The notes under the pieces: model-generated | Database searches by the model: none | Told to the model about the DNA's origin: nothing | Seen by the model: only the letters and a program-made list of their open reading frames with translations | Source of the DNA: a virus | Taxonomy: Duplodnaviria; Caudoviricetes | IMG/VR virus record: IMGVR_UViG_3300043407_000036 | Coordinates: 1-29,086 of that record | Reading direction: 5' to 3' (one strand) | Length of the DNA: 29,086 nucleotides | Position numbers and translations under genes: made by a program | Part shown: one piece after another, positions 24,740 to 29,086 of the stretch | Layout of the letters: each line of letters starts with the position of its first letter | Position numbering within the stretch: the first letter of the stretch is position 1

Positions 24740-25074
24740 CAGGGTTCAAATACTTGCTCAAACGTAGCGCTGATATTGTTAAAATTGCAGCTTACCTGAC
24801 TGGTATTCCATCCACGGCATAGCCATTTTGCAGCGTAGCCATTGGGATCCGTCCAGTCAAAAGACTCAGTACCACCACGGGCTCGCAGAAATGTTAAGAT
24901 ATTATCGCGCTCTGTATCGTTACGATTAGCAAATTGCAGCGACCATTTCTTAGGTTGTGTGTTCAGACCATAAGCAAGGCGTTGCTCATACCCGTCACCG
25001 AATCGAACGCTCTTGACAATCGGCTGCTCTTCTAAGTCAGCCGTAAAACTTGGCGTATACGTAAAGGTTGCCAT
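24739..25074 (-). CDS. Minor tail protein (lambda gpM-like)
   Basis: VRFGDGYEQR..GLN..FL..GG.ESFDWTDP..SATFEQVFEP. Confidence 0.92.
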   Translation of the reverse strand: MATFTYTPSFTADLEEQPIVKSVRFGDGYEQRLAYGLNTQPKKWSLQFANRNDTERDNILTFLRARGGTESFDWTDPNGYAAKWLCRGWNTSQVSCNFNNISATFEQVFEP

Positions 25075-27314
25075 CAGCGTCGGGTTCCGGCCAAGAGGCC
25101 ACCAGGGCGTTGTTGCTTCACCAATTCTGCCTGCACCGCAGCCGAAACGACAACCCCTAATTGTTTGGCCTGTGCTTGGTCACCTTGAACGTTGGAGTTG
25201 CCGCTGGCGTCCACGTTGACCACCACGCTGGTGTTGCCACCGCCACCACCGCCTTGCATCGCCACAGGGATGCGCCGACCATCAGGGAGGGGTACATAGG
25301 CCTCGGGCTTAGATCCTTCGCCGTAGAGCGCCAACTGAGGGGAGTTGGCAATGCCTCCCGATGCGTACTTCTTAAGCGGTACAGGACCGTCACCGGTCAT
25401 GATGCCGCCGTTTGCAAACAGCTTCGGCCCTGAGAACGCGGCGGGATTAAAGTTAACGCCGCTTGCGTTGAATTGCGTAGACGCGCCAATTCCACCCAGC
25501 CCGCCGCCGCCGCCGCCGCCAATCGCGCCGAGCGCCTGCATGATTGTCTTCAGGATCAGCTGTTGGATGATCATCCGTGCGGTCTGCTTCAGGATCTCGG
25601 CAGCGAACTCTTTGAAGTTGGCGGTGCCGGTCGTCATCAGGCTAAAGATTGCATCTTCAACACCCTTGATGCCCGTCTGCGCTAGTTGGGCAGTTGCTTC
25701 GCGCATGGTACCAACCGATTCAACATAAGAGCCAATGCCATCACGCAGGCCGCCAATGATGTCGGCGTTGTATTGCTGCGCGCGCGCAAACTCCCACGCT
25801 GCTGCAGTTGCCTCCTTGATAGCATCGGCTTGGGAAAGCCAATAGTCGGAGAACCCCTGCTGATACTCTTTGTCTGCCAGGGCCACGTTCGCGGCCGATA
25901 GGCGGTCAATCAAATCCGCAAACGGTTTGACGTCCAATGAGCCACCGGCTGCATTGACTTCACGCGCCAACTCAACCACGCTCAACGTAAGCGCCTTCAC
26001 CTGCCGATCGTTCTCAGTAATCGCTTCGTTGCGATCCAAAAACAGTTGCTCGGTAGGTGTTGCACCGACGCCTTCATAAGCCGCGACTACATCTGCGATG
26101 CTGTTGCGGAGTTGATCCTGCAGGCCGATCGCCTTCTGTGTCAGGGTGGCGCGACGATCTTCAAGGCGCTCCTGTTCTGCCGCTGCGCGCTTGGCTTCAG
26201 CTGCTCTACGTTTAGCCTCTGTCGCCGCTTTTGCATCGGCGGTACTGGTATCAAGCTCCAGGTTGCGCCCCCGAGTGCGCCTACCAGTGCCAGGAGATGG
26301 GGCATCAGTAAATAATCTTTGAAATTGGCCCATATTGGCTTGGAACCGCTTCATGAAATCAGCCCCAAATCGATCCGCCTCGGCTGTGGCCCCGGCAAAG
26401 TCACCCTTAAACGCCAATGCAGCACGTTTTGCAAATGACCCAATTAACCGAACAGCTTCATCGACCAACTTGACCATGGCCAACAGCACAGCCGCTAGGC
26501 CACTGATGCCAAATTTGATGACATTAAACAAGTCCGTCCAATCAGTTTCAGTATTAAATAACTCGCCAAACACCTCAAGGATTGACTGCAACGCGGGCAG
26601 CAATGCGTCGGTTAGTTCTAGTCCAAACCCCTGGGTCTTGATGCCAAATTCGGTAAGCGTGTCGTTAAAAATATCAGATCGCGCCGCAAAATCCTCACCT
26701 ATTTTAAAAGTAAATTCTTCCATGCTGGCCGCGCCTTCGTTCAGCAGCGGAATTAGATCAGCGCCAGACTTGCCAAACAGTGCTACCGCTGCGGCCGCCT
26801 TCTGCGCACCGTCCGGCATGTCGGCAAAACGATCAGCAATCTGCTTCAGCGCTTTATCGGCCGGCACCACCTGGCCATTCGCGTTTTTGACGTTGACCCC
26901 CAGCGCCTGGAACTTCCGCCCTAGATCTTCGTTGCCCTCAGCCGCTTTGACCAAGTTCACGTTGAGCTTGGTCAATCCCTTGCCCAGCGTGCCAACGTCC
27001 ACGTCGGCCAGCTTGGCTGCGTTGCCAATGCCAATCAGCGCATTAGCCGCCACGCCGGTCTTGGCTTGCAGGTTGAACAGCTCATCGCCTGCATCAATCG
27101 ACTTCTTCACAACCGCGCTCAGACCTGCCACCAGTGCGCTGCCAGCAATGGCCGCCCCAAAGCCCGCCACTGCGCCCTTAAGGCTGTTGAATCCCAGAGC
27201 AGCGTTCTTTGCCTGACCCTGTAGGCCCTGCATGGAATTGCCAAGCCGGCGGATGTTGTTCTCGCCTTGGACGTCAGCCTTGATGCGAAGCATAGCGTCC
27301 ATGTTCATCGCCAT
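25074..27314 (-). CDS. Tape measure protein
   Basis: 746 aa, Ala-rich helical; lambda H-like C-terminus (FANGGI..GE..PEAYVPL..RPGGLL). Confidence 0.92.
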   Translation of the reverse strand: MAMNMDAMLRIKADVQGENNIRRLGNSMQGLQGQAKNAALGFNSLKGAVAGFGAAIAGSALVAGLSAVVKKSIDAGDELFNLQAKTGVAANALIGIGNAAKLADVDVGTLGKGLTKLNVNLVKAAEGNEDLGRKFQALGVNVKNANGQVVPADKALKQIADRFADMPDGAQKAAAAVALFGKSGADLIPLLNEGAASMEEFTFKIGEDFAARSDIFNDTLTEFGIKTQGFGLELTDALLPALQSILEVFGELFNTETDWTDLFNVIKFGISGLAAVLLAMVKLVDEAVRLIGSFAKRAALAFKGDFAGATAEADRFGADFMKRFQANMGQFQRLFTDAPSPGTGRRTRGRNLELDTSTADAKAATEAKRRAAEAKRAAAEQERLEDRRATLTQKAIGLQDQLRNSIADVVAAYEGVGATPTEQLFLDRNEAITENDRQVKALTLSVVELAREVNAAGGSLDVKPFADLIDRLSAANVALADKEYQQGFSDYWLSQADAIKEATAAAWEFARAQQYNADIIGGLRDGIGSYVESVGTMREATAQLAQTGIKGVEDAIFSLMTTGTANFKEFAAEILKQTARMIIQQLILKTIMQALGAIGGGGGGGLGGIGASTQFNASGVNFNPAAFSGPKLFANGGIMTGDGPVPLKKYASGGIANSPQLALYGEGSKPEAYVPLPDGRRIPVAMQGGGGGGNTSVVVNVDASGNSNVQGDQAQAKQLGVVVSAAVQAELVKQQRPGGLLAGTRR

Positions 27315-27315
27315 G

Positions 27316-27645
27316 TCAGCTGCTCCTGCTGTTGATCGTGACCATCGCCGCTGCTTCCATCACCTGCAGGTCCTCCAGGAGCTCGCGCTGGTCTTGTACT
27401 TCATACATCATAAACAGCCAAGCTAGTGCCCCATAGTCCAACCCCAGCACACCACTCATGGTCGTGCGCCACTGCGTCTGCACTCGCAGGAACATCTCAA
27501 CCACCGGCCAGTTCTCCTCCCATACCTCAAAGTCATCAGTGCGGGGTTGCTCTGGTAGCTCTACCCCAAGAATGACGGCATCGTCTTGGCTGTCATCTTT
27601 GACGCCGCCGCCGGCCCAATGCTCGGCGGCCTCTGTCAGTTTTTT
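27316..27645 (-). CDS. Tail assembly chaperone T segment (DUF1799-like), reached by -1 frameshift
   Basis: Frame is open from the slippery site A AAA AAC (27645-27639) to the stop at 27316; FEVWEENWPVVEMF..TQWR..GLDY..LQVME. Confidence 0.8.
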   Translation of the reverse strand, partial: KKLTEAAEHWAGGGVKDDSQDDAVILGVELPEQPRTDDFEVWEENWPVVEMFLRVQTQWRTTMSGVLGLDYGALAWLFMMYEVQDQRELLEDLQVMEAAAMVTINSRSS

Positions 27646-27995
27646 CTCTTGGCTCCCTTGATACTGTCCATGTAGGCCTTCAACACGGCCACCGCCAGGA
27701 AGGGCACCTCGAGCAGTTGCCCGAGCGCCTTCTGGCTATAGGGAATCTCCTTGCCGTCGTCGCCGGTCACACCCGACCAGCCGACCAGCACATCAGCCGA
27801 GATCTCGGTGATGCGCTCCAGCTCACCCAAATCCTCGAGCTTTTGCAACTCGGCCACCATCGGGCCGATCTTGCTCTGTGGCAGGCGCTTGAACTCGCCG
27901 TCAAATGTTTGCCGCTCATGCCGGCCGCCATCGACAGGGATGTCGAAGGTGACCGGCCAAATGTAGGAATCAGACTGCTTGAGGACGAATGCCAC
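27636..27995 (-). CDS. Tail assembly chaperone G
   Basis: 119 aa between tail tube and TMP; ends AKRKN at the slippery heptamer. Confidence 0.88.
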   Translation of the reverse strand: MAFVLKQSDSYIWPVTFDIPVDGGRHERQTFDGEFKRLPQSKIGPMVAELQKLEDLGELERITEISADVLVGWSGVTGDDGKEIPYSQKALGQLLEVPFLAVAVLKAYMDSIKGAKRKN

Positions 27996-28000
27996 GCGGT

Positions 28001-28939
28001 TTAGGTGTAAGCAAGGGACAGCTCATCATTGCCCGAGCTGGTCGGCACGGCAATGAAAGGCATATTAAGCATCTGCACGCCGTCCTGATCGCTGTAGGTC
28101 AGATTGCCCAGGTCAGACTGCGCGGTGGTCACCGTGCACCTGTTGCCGGCAGTGGTGCCGTGCTGAAAGGTGATGCTGCCAGTGCTGCTGCCAGTGGCGA
28201 TCGCGAAGAAGTCCTTCGCTGTAATGGTCGGCGCCTCGATGACGACCGTGCCGCTGGGTGCCCGGTTGGTGATCAGAATCTCCTTGGAGCAACCGACCAG
28301 CTCGCGATAGATGACATCGTTTGCCATCGAGAAGTTGTAGGACTGTAGGCAACCGCTATAGGAGAACGCCGAGAAGCTGGTGGTATTGCCTTCCTTGAAC
28401 AGCAGCGGGGCTGCTTGGTTGGCGTAGGTCGGGGTGGGCAGCGTCTCGTCGGTGGGGGCGTTGTAGATGCCGGTCATAGTGAATGCGATCGAAGGGATCG
28501 CGCCGACTTCAGCGGAAATCTCAAAGGTGCCGCGGCAGCCCGTCAGCTTGTGGCGAATGCCGTCTTCGTGGTAGTGGATGGTGCAGCTCTCAAAGCCGCT
28601 GCTCTCCGGCGCATAGGTGGCGCTGGTGCTGGTGACCAGCGTCTCGCTCAAGCCGCAGCTGCGCAGCACCGGGCCATAAGCCGGAGCGGTGCCAGCCGTG
28701 CCAGAGCCAGCCAGCTCAACCTCGAAGCTGACTTCAACCCGGGTTTGGGCCAACAGTTGATCGGCTTGGCCCATATAAGGCCGCACCAGATCACGGTTCA
28801 CCGTATCGGCAACCAGCGGTTGGATCTCGAGGTTGCGCACCAGGATCGCGTTGCTGCTGCCAGTCGGCGAAGAGTCGGTCCCGTAAGTGCTTTCAATCTT
28901 CGCCAGGATCAGGCGCCGGCGAGTCAGAACTGATGCCAT
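28001..28939 (-). CDS. Major tail tube protein
   Basis: LAKIESTYGTD..FEVELAGSGTAGTAPAYG..GCRGTF; lies upstream of the chaperones and TMP. Confidence 0.88.
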   Translation of the reverse strand: MASVLTRRRLILAKIESTYGTDSSPTGSSNAILVRNLEIQPLVADTVNRDLVRPYMGQADQLLAQTRVEVSFEVELAGSGTAGTAPAYGPVLRSCGLSETLVTSTSATYAPESSGFESCTIHYHEDGIRHKLTGCRGTFEISAEVGAIPSIAFTMTGIYNAPTDETLPTPTYANQAAPLLFKEGNTTSFSAFSYSGCLQSYNFSMANDVIYRELVGCSKEILITNRAPSGTVVIEAPTITAKDFFAIATGSSTGSITFQHGTTAGNRCTVTTAQSDLGNLTYSDQDGVQMLNMPFIAVPTSSGNDELSLAYT

Positions 28940-29057
28940 TGGAGGCTACCTCGAGGGTTGGATGAGGGGCCGGCTGGGTCCGCTCGACGAGCTTTCGCTT
29001 GCCGGTTTTGAGATCGACCAGATAGCTGCCGCCCTGGCCTTTGTATTCGTCTACCAT
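28893..29057 (-). CDS. Small hypothetical protein upstream of the tail tube gene (54 aa)
   Basis: Read manually: MVDEYKGQGGSYLVDLKTGKRKLVERTQPAP..; overlaps the tube start. Confidence 0.55.
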   Translation of the reverse strand: MVDEYKGQGGSYLVDLKTGKRKLVERTQPAPHPTLEVASNGISSDSPAPDPGED

Positions 29058-29086
29058 CGTAGCTGCTAAGGGCTTAGGGATAGATC

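Noticed and set aside
25499-25520. (CCG)n microsatellite, and the similar run near 21800-21840
   Set aside because: They encode in-frame poly-Gly linkers; triplet slippage would not switch phase.
26335-27216. 293-aa plus-strand ORF, and many similar opposite-strand ORFs in the track
   Set aside because: Antisense to the tape measure gene or other well-supported genes; composition mirrors the sense codons.
1-29086. CRISPR array, tRNA, integrase/att site, diversity-generating retroelement
   Set aside because: No regularly spaced repeats, cloverleaf, recombinase or reverse transcriptase motifs were seen by eye.
29066-29086. Possible 3' end of an upstream tail gene (DLSLSP-stop, minus strand)
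   Set aside because: Only 7 codons are visible, too little to call.

Overview
The window is about 29 kb of a GC-rich, lambda-like long-tailed phage (siphovirus) genome. A cyanobacterial, probably freshwater picocyanobacterial, host is inferred from gene content and motifs, not proven. From right to left on the minus strand it carries a tail module (tube, G/GT chaperones with a -1 frameshift, tape measure, M, an enlarged L, K, I, J, an S74 tail fibre and accessory fibre genes), holin-like genes, a lysozyme+M15 peptidase endolysin and dCTP deaminase. A mostly plus-strand early cluster follows (RecE/RecT-like pair, HTH, SSB-like, NrdR-like Zn ribbon, RHH, DUF3310-like and many small ORFs). The left end has a minus-strand replication block (SF2 helicase, HNH-AP2, VRR-NUC, primase-polymerase/VirE helicase), an iteron-rich origin candidate, a gpZ-like gene, a large HNH gene and a possible cos end. 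No integrase, repressor, terminase, capsid, tRNA or CRISPR array was seen. The most notable observation is a two-hairpin element upstream of two unrelated HNH genes. It shows compensatory base changes, and its stems pair fully (with G-U wobbles) only on the strand antisense to the genes. Family assignments come from motif recognition by eye; no database searches were run.
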